The notes beneath the pieces are model-generated. The model was not told the origin of the DNA and made no database searches. It saw only the letters and a program-made list of their open reading frames with translations. A stretch of 64,000 nucleotides of DNA, from the NCBI RefSeq assembly GCF_009914755.1, contig NC_060927.1, one strand, 5' to 3'. Shown piece after piece: positions 13,301-27,405 of the stretch. Made by a program: the position numbers and the translations under genes. Positions within the stretch are counted from its first letter, which is position 1. Each line of letters opens with the position of its first letter. The stretch is from the human T2T-CHM13v2.0 reference genome, Homo sapiens.

Positions 13301-16300
13301 ATCCCCAGAAACTTCTTTGTGATATGTGCATTTAACTCTCAGAGTTCAACCTTCCTTTTGATAGAAGAGTGTTGAAATATTCTTTTTGTAGAATTTCCAA
13401 GTGAATATTTAGAGCGGTTTCAGGCCTATGTAGAAGAGAAAATATCTTCACAGAGAAACTAGACATAATTGTTCTCTGAAGCTACTTTGTGGTGGGCGCC
13501 TTCAGCTGACAGAGTTTAACCTTTCTTTGGATAGAGCGGTTTTAAACACTCTTTTTGTGGAATTTGCAATTCTATATTTAGAGTGCTTTCAGGCCTGTGG
13601 TACAAAAGGGAATGTCTTCACATAAAATCTAGACAGAAGCGTTGTCGGAAACTACTTTGTGATACCTGCCTTCAACTCTCAGAGTTGAATATTCCTCTTG
13701 ACGGAGCAGTTTTGAAAAACGCTTTTTGTGGAATCTCCAAGTGGATATTTGGACCTCTTTGTGGCCTTCGTTTGAGACGTGACTTCTTCATACAAAACTA
13801 GACAGAAGAATTCTCATCAACTTCTTCGCGATGTGTGCTTTCAACTCGCAGAGTTGCAGCTTCCTTTCGATAGAGCAGTTTTGTAACTCTCTTTTTGTAG
13901 AATTTCCAAGAAGATATTTAGCGCCGTTTGAGGCCTATGGTGGAAAAGGCAATATCTTCATAGAAAAACTAGACAGAATGATTCTCAGAAACTGCTTTGT
14001 CATGTGTGCCTTCAACTCACAGAGCTTAAACTTTCTTTTGGTAGAGCAGTTTTGAAAAGCTCTTTTTGTAGAATCTGCAAGTGTATATTGGGACTTATCT
14101 GAGGCCATCTTTGGAAACGGGATTTCTTCATATAAAACTTCAAAGAAGAATCCTCAGAAAATTATTTTTGATATGTGCATTTAACTCATGGAGTTGAAAC
14201 TTCCTTTCAACAGAAGAGTTTTGAAATACTCTTTTTGTAGAATTTCCAAGTGGATTTTCACAGCCGTTTGAGGTCTATGGCAGAAAAAGAAATATCTTCA
14301 CAGAAAAACTAGGCAGATTCATTCTCCGAAGCTGTTTTGTGATGCTTGCATTCAGCTTACAGAGTTTAAACTTCCTTTGATAGAGCAGTTTTGAAACCTC
14401 TTTTTGTGGAATTTGCAAGTGTCTCTTTAGAGCGTTTTGAGGCCTACAGTAGGAAAGGAAATATCTTCACATAAAAACTAGACAGAAGTATTTTCAGAAA
14501 CTTATTTGTGATATTTGCATTCAACGCACAGAGTTGAACATTCCTCTTGATGGAGCCGTTTTGAAACAGTCTTTTTGTAGAATCTGCAAGTGGATATTTG
14601 GACCTCTTTGTGGCCTTCGTGTGAAACGTGATTTCTTCATTTACAACTAGACAGAAGAATTCTCAGAAACTTCTTTGTGATGTGTACCTTCAACTCACAG
14701 AGTTGAAGCTTCCTTTCAATAGAGCACTTTTGAAACTCAGTTTTTGTAGAATTTCCAGGTGGATATTTAGCGCCGTTTGAGGCCTATGGTAGAAAAGGCA
14801 ATATCTTCGTAGGAAAACTAGACAGAATGATTCTCAGAAACTACTTTGTGATGTGTGGGTTCAACTCACTGAGTTTAACCTTTCTTTTGATAGACCAGTT
14901 ATGAAACACTCTTTTTGTAGAATCTGCAAGTAAATATTTGGACTTTTTTGAGGCCTTCATTGGAAACGGGATTTCTTCATAGAAACCTTGACAGAAGAAT
15001 CCCCAGAAACTTCTTTGTGATGTGTGCATTTAACTCTCAGAGTTCAACCTTCCTTTTGATAGAAGAGTGTTGAAATATTCTTTTTGTAGAATTTCCAAGT
15101 GAATATTTAGAGCGGTTTCAGGCCTATGTAGAAGAGAAAATATCTTCACAGAGAAACTAGACATAATTGTTCTCTGAAGCTACTTTGTGATGGGCGCCTT
15201 CAGCTGACAGAGTTTAACCTTTCTTTGGATAGAGCGGTTTTAAACACTCTTTTTGTGGAATTTGCAATTCTATATTTAGAGTGCTTTCAGGCCTGTGGTA
15301 CAAAAGGGAATGTCTTCACATAAAATCTAGACAGAAGCGTTGTCGGAAACTACTTTGTGATACCTGCCTTCAACTCTCAGAGTTGAATATTCCTCTTGAC
15401 GGAGCAGTTTTGAAAAACGCTTTTTGTGGAATCTCCAAGTGGATATTTGGACCTCTTTGTTGCCTTCGTTTGAGACGTGACTTCTTCCTACAAAACTAGA
15501 CAGAAGAATTCTCATCAACTTCTTCGCGATGTGTGCTTTCAACTCGCAGAGTTGCAGCTTCCTTTCGATAGAGCAGTTTTGTAACTCTCTTTTTGTAGAA
15601 TTTCCAAGAGGATATTTAGCGCCGTTTGAGGCCTATGGTGGAAAAGGCAATATCTTCATAGAAAAACTAGACAGAATGATTCTCAGAAACTGCTTTGTCA
15701 TGTGTGCCTTCAACTCACAGAGTTTAACCTTTCTTTTGGTAGAGCAGTTTTGAAAAGCTCTTTTTGTAGAATCTGCAAGTGTATATTGGGGCTTATCTGA
15801 CGCCATCTTTGGAAACGGGATTTCTTCATATAAAACTTCAAAGAAGAATCCTCAGAAAATTATTTGTGATATGTGCATTTAACTCATTTAGTTGAAACTT
15901 CCTTTCGACACAAGAGTTTTGAAATACTCTTTTTGTAGAATTTCCAAGTGGATTTTCACAGCGGTTTGAGGTCTATGGCAGAAAAAGAAATATCTTCACA
16001 GAAAAACTAGGCAGATTCATTCTCCGAAGCTGTTTTGTGATGCTTGCATTCAGCTTACAGAGTTTAAACTTCCTTTGATAGAGCAGTTTTGAAACCCTCT
16101 TTTTGTGGAATTTGCAAGTGTCTCTTTAGAGCGTTTTGAGGCCTACAGTAGGAAAGGAAATATCTTCACATAAAAACTAGACAGAAGTATTTTCAGAAAC
16201 TTATTTGTGATATTTGCATTCAACGCACAGAGTTGAACATTCCTCTTGATGGAGCTGTTTTGAAACACTCTTTTTGTAGAATCTGCAAGTGGATATTTGG

Positions 16301-19300
16301 ACCTCTTTGTGGCCGTCGTGTGAAACGTGATTTCTTCATTTACAACTAGACAGAAGAATTCTCAGAAACTTCTTTGTGATGTGTACCTTCAACTCACAGA
16401 GTTGAAGCTTCCTTTCAATAGAGCACTTTTGAAACTCAGTTTTTGTAGAATTTCCAGGTGGATATTTAGCGCCGTTTGAGGCCTATGGTAGAAAAGGCAA
16501 TATCTTCGTAGGAAAACTAGACAGAATGATTCTCAGAAACTACTTTGTGATGTGTGGGTTCAACTCACTGAGTTTAACCTTTCTTTTGATAGACCAGTTA
16601 TGAAACACTCTTTTTGTAGAATCTGCAAGTAAATATTTGGACTTTTTTGAGGCCTTCATTGGAAACGGGATTTCTTCATATAAACCTTGACAGAAGAATC
16701 CCCAGAAACTTCTTTGTGATGTGTGCATTTAACTCTCAGAGTTCAACCTTCCTTTTGATAGAGGAGTGTTGAAATATTCTTTTTGTAGAATTTCCAAGTG
16801 AATATTTAGAGCGGTTTCAGGCCTATGTAGAAGAGAAAATATCTTCACAGAAAAACTAGACATAATTGTTCTCTGAAGCTACTTTGTGATGGGCGCCTTC
16901 AGCTGACAGACTTTAACCTTTCTTTGGATAGAGCGGTTTTAAACCCTCTTTTTGTGGAATTTGCAATTCTATATTTAGAGTGCTTTCAGGCCTGTGGTAC
17001 AAAAGGGAATGTCTTCACATAAAATCTAGACAGAAGCGTTGTCGGAAACTACTTTGTGATACCTGCCTTCAACTCTCAGAGTTGAATATTCCTCTTGACG
17101 GAGCAGTTTTGAAAAACTCTTTTTGTGGAATCTCCAAGTGGATATTTGGACCTCTTTGTGGCCTTCGATTGAGACGTGACTTCTTCATACAAAACTAGAC
17201 AGAAGAATTCTCATCAACTTCTTCGCGATGTGTGCTTTCAACTCGCAGAGTTGCAGCTTCCTTTCGATAGAGCAGTTTTGTAACTCTCTTTTTGTAGAAT
17301 TTCCAAGAGGATATTTAGCGCCGTTTGAGGCCTATGGTGGAAAAGGCAATATCTTCATAGAAAAACTAGACAGAATGATTCTCAGAAACTACTTTGTCAT
17401 GTGTGCCTTCAACTCACAGAATTTAACCTTTCTTTTGATAGAGCAGTTTTGAAAAGCTCTTTTTGTAGAATCTGCAAGTGTATATTGGGACTTATCTGAG
17501 GCCATCTTTGGAAACGGGATTTCTTCATATAAAACTTCAAAGAAGAATCCTCAGAAAATTATTTGTGATATGTGCATTTAACTCATGGAGTTGAAACATC
17601 CTTTCGACAGAAGAGTTTTTAAATACTCTTTTTGTAGAATTTCCAAGTGGATTTTCACTGCGGTTTGAGGTCTATGGCAGAAAAAGAAATATCTTCACAG
17701 AAAAACTACGCAGATTCATTCTCCGAAGCTGTTTGTGATGCTTGCATTCAGCTTACAGAGTTTAAACTTCCTTTGATAGAGCAGTTTTTAAACCCTCTTT
17801 TTGTGGAATTTGCAAGTGTCTCTTTAGAGCGTTTTGAGGCCTACAGTAGGAAAGGAAATATCTTCACATAAAAACTAGACAGAAGTATTGTCAGAAACTT
17901 ATTTGTGATATTTGCATTCAACGCACAGAGTTGAACATTCCTCTTGATGGAGCCGTTTTGAAACACTCTTTTTGTAGAATCTGCAAGTGGATATTTGGAC
18001 CTCTTTGTGGCCTTCGTGTGAAACGTGATTTCTTCATTTACAACTAGACAGAAGAATTCTCAGAAACTTCTTTGTGATGTGTACCTACAACTCACAGAGG
18101 TGAAGCTTCCTTTCAATAGAGCACTTTTGAAACTCAGTTTTTGTAGAATTTCCATGTGGATATTTAGCGCCGTTTGAGGCCTATGGTAGAAAAGGCAATA
18201 TCTTCGTAGGAAAACTAGACAGAATGATTCTCAGAAACTACTTTGTGATGTGTGGGTTCAACTCACTGAGTTTAACCTTTCTTTTGATAGACCAGTTATG
18301 AAACACTCTTTTTGTAGAATCTGCAAGTAAATATTTGGACTTTTTTGAGGCCTTCATTGGAAACGGGATTTCTTCATAGAAACCTTGACAGAAGAATCCC
18401 CAGAAACTTCTTTGTGATGTGTGCATTGAACTCTCAGAGTTCAACCTTCCTTTTGATAGAAGAGTGTTGAAATAGTCTTTTTGTAGAATTTCCAAGTGAA
18501 TATTTAGAGCGGTTTCAGGCCTATGTAGAAGAGAAAATATCTTCACAGAGAAACTAGACATAATTGTTCTCTGAAGCTACTTTGTGATGGGCGCCTTCAG
18601 CTGACAGAGTTTAACCTTTCTTTGGATAGAGCGGTTTTAAACACTCTTATGGTGGAATTTGCAATTCTATATTTAGAGTGCTTTCAGGCCTGTGGTACAA
18701 AAGGGAATGTCTTCACATAAAATCTAGACAGAAGCGTTGTCGGAAACTACTTTGTGATACCTGCCTTCAACAATCAGAGTTGAATATTCCTCTTGACGGA
18801 GCAGTTTTGAAAAACGCTTTTTGTGGAATCTCCAAGTGGATATTTGGACCTCTTTGTGGCCTTCGTTTGAGACCTGACTTCTTCATACAAAACTAGACAG
18901 AAGAATTCTCATCAACTTCTTCGCGATGTGTGCTTTCAACTCGCAGAGTTGCAGCTTCCTTTCGATAGAGCAGTTTTGTAACTCTCTTTTTGTAGAATTT
19001 CCAAGTGGATATTTAGCGCCGTTTGAGGCCTATGGTGGAAAAGGCAATATCTTCATAGAAAAACTAGACAGAATGATTCTCAGAAACTGCTTTGTCATGT
19101 GTGCCTTCAACTCACAGAGCTTAAACTTTCTTTTGGTAGAGCAGTTTTGAAAAGCTCTTTTTGTAGAATCTGCAAGTGTATATTGGGACTTATCTGAGGC
19201 CATCTTTGGAAACGGGATTTCTTCATATAAAACTTCAAAGAAGAATCCTCAGAAAATTATTTTTGATATGTGCATTTAACTCATGGAGTTGAAACTTCCT

Positions 19301-22300
19301 TTCAACAGAAGAGTTTTTAAATACTCTTTTTGTAGAATTTCCAAGTGGATTTTCACAGCCGTTTGAGGTCTATGGCAGAAAAAGAAATATCTTCACAGAA
19401 AAACTACGCAGATTCATTCTCCGAAGCTGTTTGTGATGCTTGCATTCAGCTTACAGAGTTTAAACTTCCTTTGATAGAGCAGTTTTGAAACCCTCTTTTT
19501 GTGGAATTTGCAAGTGTCTCTTTAGAGCGTTTTGAGGCCTACAGTAGGAAAGGAAATATCTTCACATAAAAACTAGACAGAAGTATTGTCAGAAACTTAT
19601 TTGTGATATTTGCTTTCAACGCACAGAGTTGAACATTCCTCTTGATGGAGCCGTTTTGAAACACTCTTTTTGTAGAATCTGCAAGTGGATATTTGGACCT
19701 CTTTGTGGCCTTCGTGTGAAACGTGATTTCTTCATTTACAACTAGACAGAAGAATTCTCAGAAACTTCTTTGTGATGTGTACCTACAACTCACAGAGGTG
19801 AAGCTTCCTTTCAATAGAGCACTTTTGAAACTCAGTTTTTGTAGAATTTCCATGTGGATATTTAGCGCCGTTTGAGGCCTATGGTAGAAAAGGCAATATC
19901 TTCGTAGGAAAACTAGACAGAATGATTCTCAGAAACTACTTTGTGATGTGTGGGTTCAACTCACTGAGTTTAACCTTTCTTTTGATAGACCAGTTATGAA
20001 ACACTCTTTTTGTAGAATCTGCAAGTAAATATTTGGACTTTTTTGAGGCCTTCATTGGAAACGGGATTTCTTCATAGAAACCTTGACAGAAGAATCCCCA
20101 GAAACTTCTTTGTGATGTGTGCATTGAACTCTCAGAGTTCAACCTTCCTTTTGATAGAAGAGTGTTGAAATAGTCTTTTTGTAGAATTTCCAAGTGAATA
20201 TTTAGAGCGGTTTCAGGCCTATGTAGAAGAGAAAATATCTTCACAGAGAAACTAGACATAATTGTTCTCTGAAGCTACTTTGTGATGGGCGCCTTCAGCT
20301 GACAGAGTTTAACCTTTCTTTGGATAGAGCGGTTTTAAACACTCTTATGGTGGAATTTGCAATTCTATATTTAGAGTGCTTTCAGGCCTGTGGTACAAAA
20401 GGGAATGTCTTCACATAAAATCTAGACAGAAGCGTTGTCGGAAACTACTTTGTGATACCTGCCTTCAACAATCAGAGTTGAATATTCCTCTTGACGGAGC
20501 AGTTTTGAAAAACGCTTTTTGTGGAATCTCCAAGTGGATATTTGGACCTCTTTGTGGCCTTCGTTTGAGACCTGACTTCTTCATACAAAACTAGACAGAA
20601 GAATTCTCATCAACTTCTTCGCGATGTGTGCTTTCAACTCGCAGAGTTGCAGCTTCCTTTCGATAGAGCAGTTTTGTAACTCTCTTTTTGTAGAATTTCC
20701 AAGTGGATATTTAGCGCCGTTTGAGGCCTATGGTGGAAAAGGCAATATCTTCATAGAAAAACTAGACAGAATGATTCTCAGAAACTACTTTGTGATGTGT
20801 GCCTTCAACTCACAGAGTTTAACCTTTCTTTTGATAGAACAGTTTTGAAAAACTCTTTTTGTAGAATCTGCAAGTGTATATTGGGACTTATCTGAGGCCA
20901 TCTTTGGAAACGGGATTTCTTCATATAAAACTTCAAAGAAGAATCCTCAGAAAATTATTTGTGATATGTGCATTTAACTCATGGAGTTGAAACTTCCTTT
21001 CGACAGAAGAGTTTTGAAATACTCTTTTTGTAGAATTTCCAAGTGGATTTTCACAGCGGTTTGAGGTCTATGGCAGAAAAAGAAATATCTTCACAGAAAA
21101 ACTAGGCAGATTCATTCTCCGAAGCTGTTTTGTGATGCTTGCATTCAGCTTACAGAGTTTAAACTTCCTTTGATAGAGCAGTTTTGAAACCCTCTTTTTG
21201 TGGAATTTGCAAGTGTCTCTTTAGAGCGTTTTGAGGCCTACAGTAGGAAAGGAAATATCTTCACATAAAAACTAGACAGAAGTATTGTCAGAAACTTATT
21301 TGTGATATTTGCATTCAACGCACAGAGTTGAACATTCCTCTTGATGGAGCCGTTTTGAAACACTCTTTTTGTAGAATCTGCAAGTGGATATTTGGACCTC
21401 TTTGTGGCCTTCGTGTGAAACGTGATTTCTTCATTTACAACTAGACAGAAGAATTCTCAGAAACTTCTTTGTGATGTGTACCTTCAACTCACAGAGTTGA
21501 AGCTTCCTTTCAATAGAGCACTTTTGAAACTCAGTTTTTGTAGAATTTCCAGGTGGATATTTAGCGCCGTTTGAGGCCTATGGTAGAAAAGGCAATATCT
21601 TCGTAGGAAAACTAGACAGAATGATTCTCAGAAACTACTTTGTGATTTGTGGGTTCAACTCACTGAGTTTAACCTTTCTTTTGATAGACCAGTTATGAAA
21701 CACTCTTTTTGTAGAATCTGCAAGTAAATATGTGGACTTTTTTGAGGCCTTCATTGGAAACGGGATTTCTTCATAGAAACCTTGACAGAAGAATCCCCAG
21801 AAACTTCTTTGTGATGTTTGCATTGAACTCTCAGAGTTCAACCTTCCTTTTGATAGAAGAGTGTTGAAATAGTCTTTTTGTAGAATTTCCAAGTGAATAT
21901 TTAGAGCGGTTTCAGGCCTATGTAGAAGAGAAAATATCTTCACAGAGAAACTGGACATAATTGTTCTCTGAAGCTACTTTGTGATGGGCGCCTTCAGCTG
22001 ACAGAGTTTAACCTTTCTTTGGATAGAGCGGTTTTAAACACCCTTTTGGGGAATTTGCAATTCTATATTTAGAGTGCTTTCAGACCTGTGGTACAAAAGG
22101 GAATGTCTTCACATAAAATGTACACAGAAGCGTTGTCGGAAACTACTTTGTGATACCTGCCTTCAACTCTCAGAGTTGAATATTCCTCTTGACGGAGCAG
22201 TTTTGGAAAACGCTTTTTGTGGAATCTCCAAGTGGATATTTGGACCTCTTTGTGGCCTTCGTTTGAGACCTGACTTCTTCATACAAAACTAGACAGAAGA

Positions 22301-25300
22301 ATTCTCATCAACTTCTTCGCGATGTGTGCTTTCAACTCGCAGAGTTGCAGCTTCCTTTCGATAGAGCAGTTTTGTAACTCTCTTTTTGTAGAATTTCCAA
22401 GTGGATATTTAGCGCCGTTTGAGGCCTATGGTGGAAAAGGCAATATCTTCATAGAAAAACTAGACAGAATGATTCTCAGAAAACTACTTTGTGATGTGTG
22501 CCTTCAACTCACAGAGTTTAACCTTTCTTTTGATAGAGCAGTTTTGAAAAGCTCTTTTGTAGAATCTGCAAGTGTATATTGGGACTTATCTGAGGCCATC
22601 TTTGGAAACGGGATTTCTTCATATAAAACTTCAAAGAAGAATCCTCAGAAAATTATTTGTGATATGTGCATTTAACTCATGGAGTTGAAACTTCCTTTTG
22701 ACAGAAGAGTTTTGAAATACTCTTTTTGTAGAATTTCCAATTGGATTTTCACAGCGGTTTGAGGTCTATGGCAGAAAAAGAAATATCTTCACAGAAAAAC
22801 TAGGCAGATTCATTCTCCGAAGCTGTTTTGTGATGCTTGCATTCAGCTTACAGAGTTTAAACTTCCTTTGATAGAGCAGTTTTGAAACCCTCTTTTTGTG
22901 GAATTTGCAAGTGTCTCTTTAGAGCGTTTTGAGGCCTACAGTAGGAAAGGAAATATCTTCACATAAAAACTAGACAGAAGTATTGTCAGAAACTTATTTG
23001 TGATATTTGCATTCAACGCACGGAGTTGAACATTCCTCTTGATGGAGCCGTTTTGAAACACTCTTTTTGTAGAATCTGCAAGTGGATATTTGGACCTCTT
23101 TGTGGCCTTCGTGTGAAACGTGATTTCTTCATTTACAACTAGACAGAAGAATTCTCAGAAACTTCTTTGTGATGTGTACCTTCAACTCACAGAGTTGAAG
23201 CTTCCTTTCAATAGAGCACTTTTGAAACTCAGTTTTTGTAGAATTTCCAGGTGGATATTTAGCGCCGTTTGAGGCCTATGGTAGAAAAGGCAATATCTTC
23301 GTAGGAAAACTAGACAGAATGATTCTCAGAAACTACTTTGTGATGTGTGGGTTCAACTCACTGAGTTTAACCTTTCTTTTGATAGACCAGTTACGAAACA
23401 CTCTTTTTGTAGAATCTGCAAGTAAATATTTGGACTTTTTTGAGGCCTTCATTGGAAACGGGATTTCTTCATATAAACCTTGACAGAAGAATTCCCAGAA
23501 ACTTCTTTGTGATGTGTGCATTGAACTCTCAGAGTTCAACCTTCCTTTTGATAGAAGAGTGTTGAAATATTCTTTTTGTAGAATTTCCAAGTGAATATTT
23601 AGAGCGGTTTCAGGCCTATGTAGAAGAGAAAATATCTTCACAGAGAAACTAGACATAATTGTTCTCTGAAGCTACTTTGTGATGGGCGCCTTCAGCTGAC
23701 AGTGTTTAACCTTTCTTTGGATAGAGCGGTTTTAAACACTCCTTCTGTGGAATTTGCAATTCTATATTTAGAGTGCTTTCAGGCCTGTGGTACAAAAGGG
23801 AATGTCTTCACATAAAATCTAGACAGAAGCGTTGTCGGAAACTACTTTGTGATACCTGCCTTCAACTCTCAGAGTTGAATATTCCTCTTGACGGAGCAGT
23901 TTTGAAAAACGCTTTTTGTGGAATCTCCAAGTGGATATTTGGACCTCTTTGTGGCCTTCGTTTGAGACGTGACTTCTTCATACAAAACTAGACAGAAGAA
24001 TTCTCATCAACTTCTTCGCGATGCGTGCTTTCAACTCGCAGAGTTGCAGCTTCCTTTCGATAGAGCAGTTTTGTAACTCTCTTTTTGTAGAATTTCCAAG
24101 TGGATATTTAGCGCCGTTTGAGGCCTATGGTGGAAAAGGCAATATCTTCATAGAAAAACTAGACAGAATGATTCTCAGAAACTACTTTGTGATGTGTGCC
24201 TTCAACTCACAGAGTTTAACCTTTCTTTTCATAGAGCAGTTTTGAAAAACTCTTTTTGTAGAATCTGCAAGTGTATATTGGGACTTATCTGAGGCCATAT
24301 TTGGAAACGGGATTTCTTCATATAAAACTTCAAAGAAGAATCCTCAGAAAATTATTTGTGATCTGTGCATTTAACTCATGGAGTTGAAACTTCCTTTTGA
24401 CAGAAGAGTTTTGAAATACTCTTTTTGTAGAATTTCCAAGTGGATTTTCACAGCGGTTTGACGTCTATGGCAGAAATAGAAATATCTTCACAGAAAAACT
24501 AGGCAGATTCATTCTCCGAAGCTGTTTTGTGATGCTTGCATTCAGCTGACAGAGTTTAAACTTCCTTTGATAGAGCAGTTTTGAAACCCTCTTTTTGTGG
24601 AATTTGCAAGTGTCTCTTTAGAACGTTTTGAGGCCTACAGTAGGAAAGGAAATATCTTCACTTAAAAACTAGACAGAAGTATTGTCAGAAACTTATTTGT
24701 GATATTTGCATTCAACGCACAGAGTTGAACATTCCTCTTGATGGAGCCGTTTTGAAACACTCTTTTTGTAGAATCTGCAAGTGGATATTTGGACCTCTTT
24801 GTGGCCTTCGTGTGAAACGTGATTTCTTCATTTACAACTAGACAGAAGAATTCTCAGAAACTTCTTTGTGATGTGTACCTTCAACTCACAGAGTTGAAGC
24901 TTCCTTTCAATAGAGCACTTTTGAAACTCAGTTTTTGTAGAATTTCCAGGTGGATATTTAGCGCCGTTTGAGGCCTATGGTAGAAAAGGCAATATCTTCG
25001 TAGGAAAACTAGACAGAATGATTCTCAGAAACTACTTTGTGATGTGTGGGTTCAACTCACTGAGTTTAACCTTTCTTTTGATAGACCAGTTATGAAACAC
25101 TCTTTTTGTAGAATCTGCAAGTAAATATTTGGACTTTTTTGAGGCCTTCATTGGAAATGGGATTTCTTCATATAAACCTTGACAGAAGAATTCCCAGAAA
25201 CTTCTTTGTGATGTGTGCATTGAACTCTCAGAGTTCAACCTTCCTTTTGATAGAAGAGTGTTGAAATATTCTTTTTGTAGAATTTCCAAGTGAATATTTA

Positions 25301-27405
25301 GAGCGGTTTCAGGCCTATGTAGAAGAGAAAATATCTTCACAGAGAAACTAGACATAATTGTTCTCTGAAGCTACTTTGTGATGGGCGCCTTCAGCTGACA
25401 GTGTTTAACCTTTCTTTGGATAGAGTGGTTTTAAACACTCTTTCTGTGGAATTTGCAATTCTATATTTAGAGTGCTTTCAGGCCTGTGGTACAAAAGGGA
25501 ATGTCTTCACATAAAATCTAGACAGAAGCGTTGTCGGAAACTACTTTGTGATACCTGCCTTCAACTCTCAGAGTTGAATATTCCTCTTGACGGAGCAGTT
25601 TTGAAAAACGCTTTTTGTTGAATCTCCAAGTGGATATTTGGACCTCTTTGTGGCCTTCGTTTGAGACGTGACTTCTTCATACAAAACTAGAGAGAAGAAT
25701 TCTCATCAACTTCTTCGCGATGTGTGCTTTCAACTCGCAGAGTTGCAGCTTCCTTTCGATAGAGCAGTTTTCTAACTCTCTTTTTGTAGAATTTCCAAGT
25801 GGATATTTAGCGCCGTTTGAGGCCTATGGTGGAAAAGGCAATATCTTCATAGACAAACTAGACAGAATGATTCTCAGAAACTACTTTGTGATGTGTGCCT
25901 TCAACTCACAGAGTTTAACCTTTCTTTTGATAGAGCAGTTTTGAAAAACTCTTTTTGTAGAATCTGCAAGTGTATATTGGGACTTATCTGAGGCCATCTT
26001 TGGAAACGGGATTTCTTCATATAAAACTTCAAAGAAGAATCCTCAGAAAATTATTTGTGATCTGTGCCTTTAACTCATGGAGTTGAAACTTCCTTTCGAC
26101 AGAAGAGTTTTGAAATACTCTTTTTGTAGAATTTCCAAGTGGATTTTCACAGCGGTTTGACGTCTATGGCAGCAAAAGAAATATCTTCACAGAAAAACTA
26201 GGCAGATTCATTCTCCGAAGCTGTTTTGTGATGCTTGCATTCAGCTGACAAAGTGTAAACTTCCTTTGATAGAGCAGTTTTGAAACCCTCTTTTTGTGGA
26301 ATTTGCAAGTGTCTCTTTAGAGCGTTTTGAGGCCTACAGTAGGAAAGGAAATATCTTCACATAAAAACTAGACAGAAGTATTGTCAGAAACTTATTTGTG
26401 ATATTTGCATTCAATGCACAGAGTTGAACATTCCTCTTGATGGAGCCGTTTTGAAACACTCTTTTTGTAGAATCTGCAAGTGGATATTTGGACCTCTTTG
26501 TGGCCTTCGTGTGAAACGTGATTTCTTCATTTACAACTAGACAGAAGAATTCTCAGAAACTTCTTTGTGATGTGTACCTTCAACTCACAGAGTTGAAGCT
26601 TCCTTTCAATAGAGCACTTTTGAAACTCAGTTTTTGTAGAATTTCCAGGTGGATATTTAGCGCCGTTTGAGGCCTATGGTAGAAAAGGCAATATCTTCGT
26701 AGGAAAACTAGACAGAATGATTCTCAGAAACTACTTTGTGATGTGTGGGTTCAACTCACTGAGTTTAACCTTTCTTTTGATAGACCAGTTATGAAACACT
26801 CTTTTTGTAGAATCTGCAAGTAAATATTTGGACTTTTTTGAGGCCTTCATTGGAAACGGGATTTCTTCATATAAACCTTGACAGAAGAATTCCCAGAAAC
26901 TTCTTTGTGATGTGTGCATTGAACTCTCAGAGTTCAACCTTCCTTTTGATAGAAGAGTGTTGAAATATTCTTTTTATAGAATTTCCAAGTGAATATTTAG
27001 AGCGGTTTCAGGCCTATGTAGAAGAGAAAATATCTTCACAGAGAAACTAGAAATAATTGTTCTCTGAAGCTACTTTGTGATGGGCGCCTTCAGCTGACAG
27101 AGTTTAACCTTTCTTTGGATAGAGCGGTTTTAAACACTCTTTCTTTGGAATTTGCAATTCTATATTTAGAGTGCTTTCAGGCCTGTGGTACAAAAGGGAA
27201 TGTCTTCACATAAAATCTAGACAGAAGCGTTGTCGGAAACTACTTTGTGATACCTGCCTTCAACTCTCAGAGTTGAATATTCCTCTTGACGGAGCAGTTT
27301 TGAAAAACGCTTTTTGTTGAATCTCCAAGTGGATATTTGGACCTCTTTGTGGCCTTCGTTTGAGACGTGACTTCTTCATACAAAACTAGACAGAAGAATT
27401 CTCAT

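Larger units (their letters stand above)
1..27386 (+). repeat. HOR haplotype domain A (~16 copies)
   Basis: Diagnostic alleles: agcgttgtcgg, ttgacggagc, caaaactagac, gagttgcagctt, cttcaaagaag, gtgtctcttta, tgtgggttcaactcactgag, cgtaggaaaac. Confidence 0.9.

Noticed and set aside
22487-22560. Longest ORF (117 aa, 22322-22675) created by a compensating +1/-1 indel pair
   Set aside because: The indels are homopolymer slippage (extra A in cagaaaact, missing T in gctcttttgt) in a single copy, or consensus error; there is no evidence of coding function.
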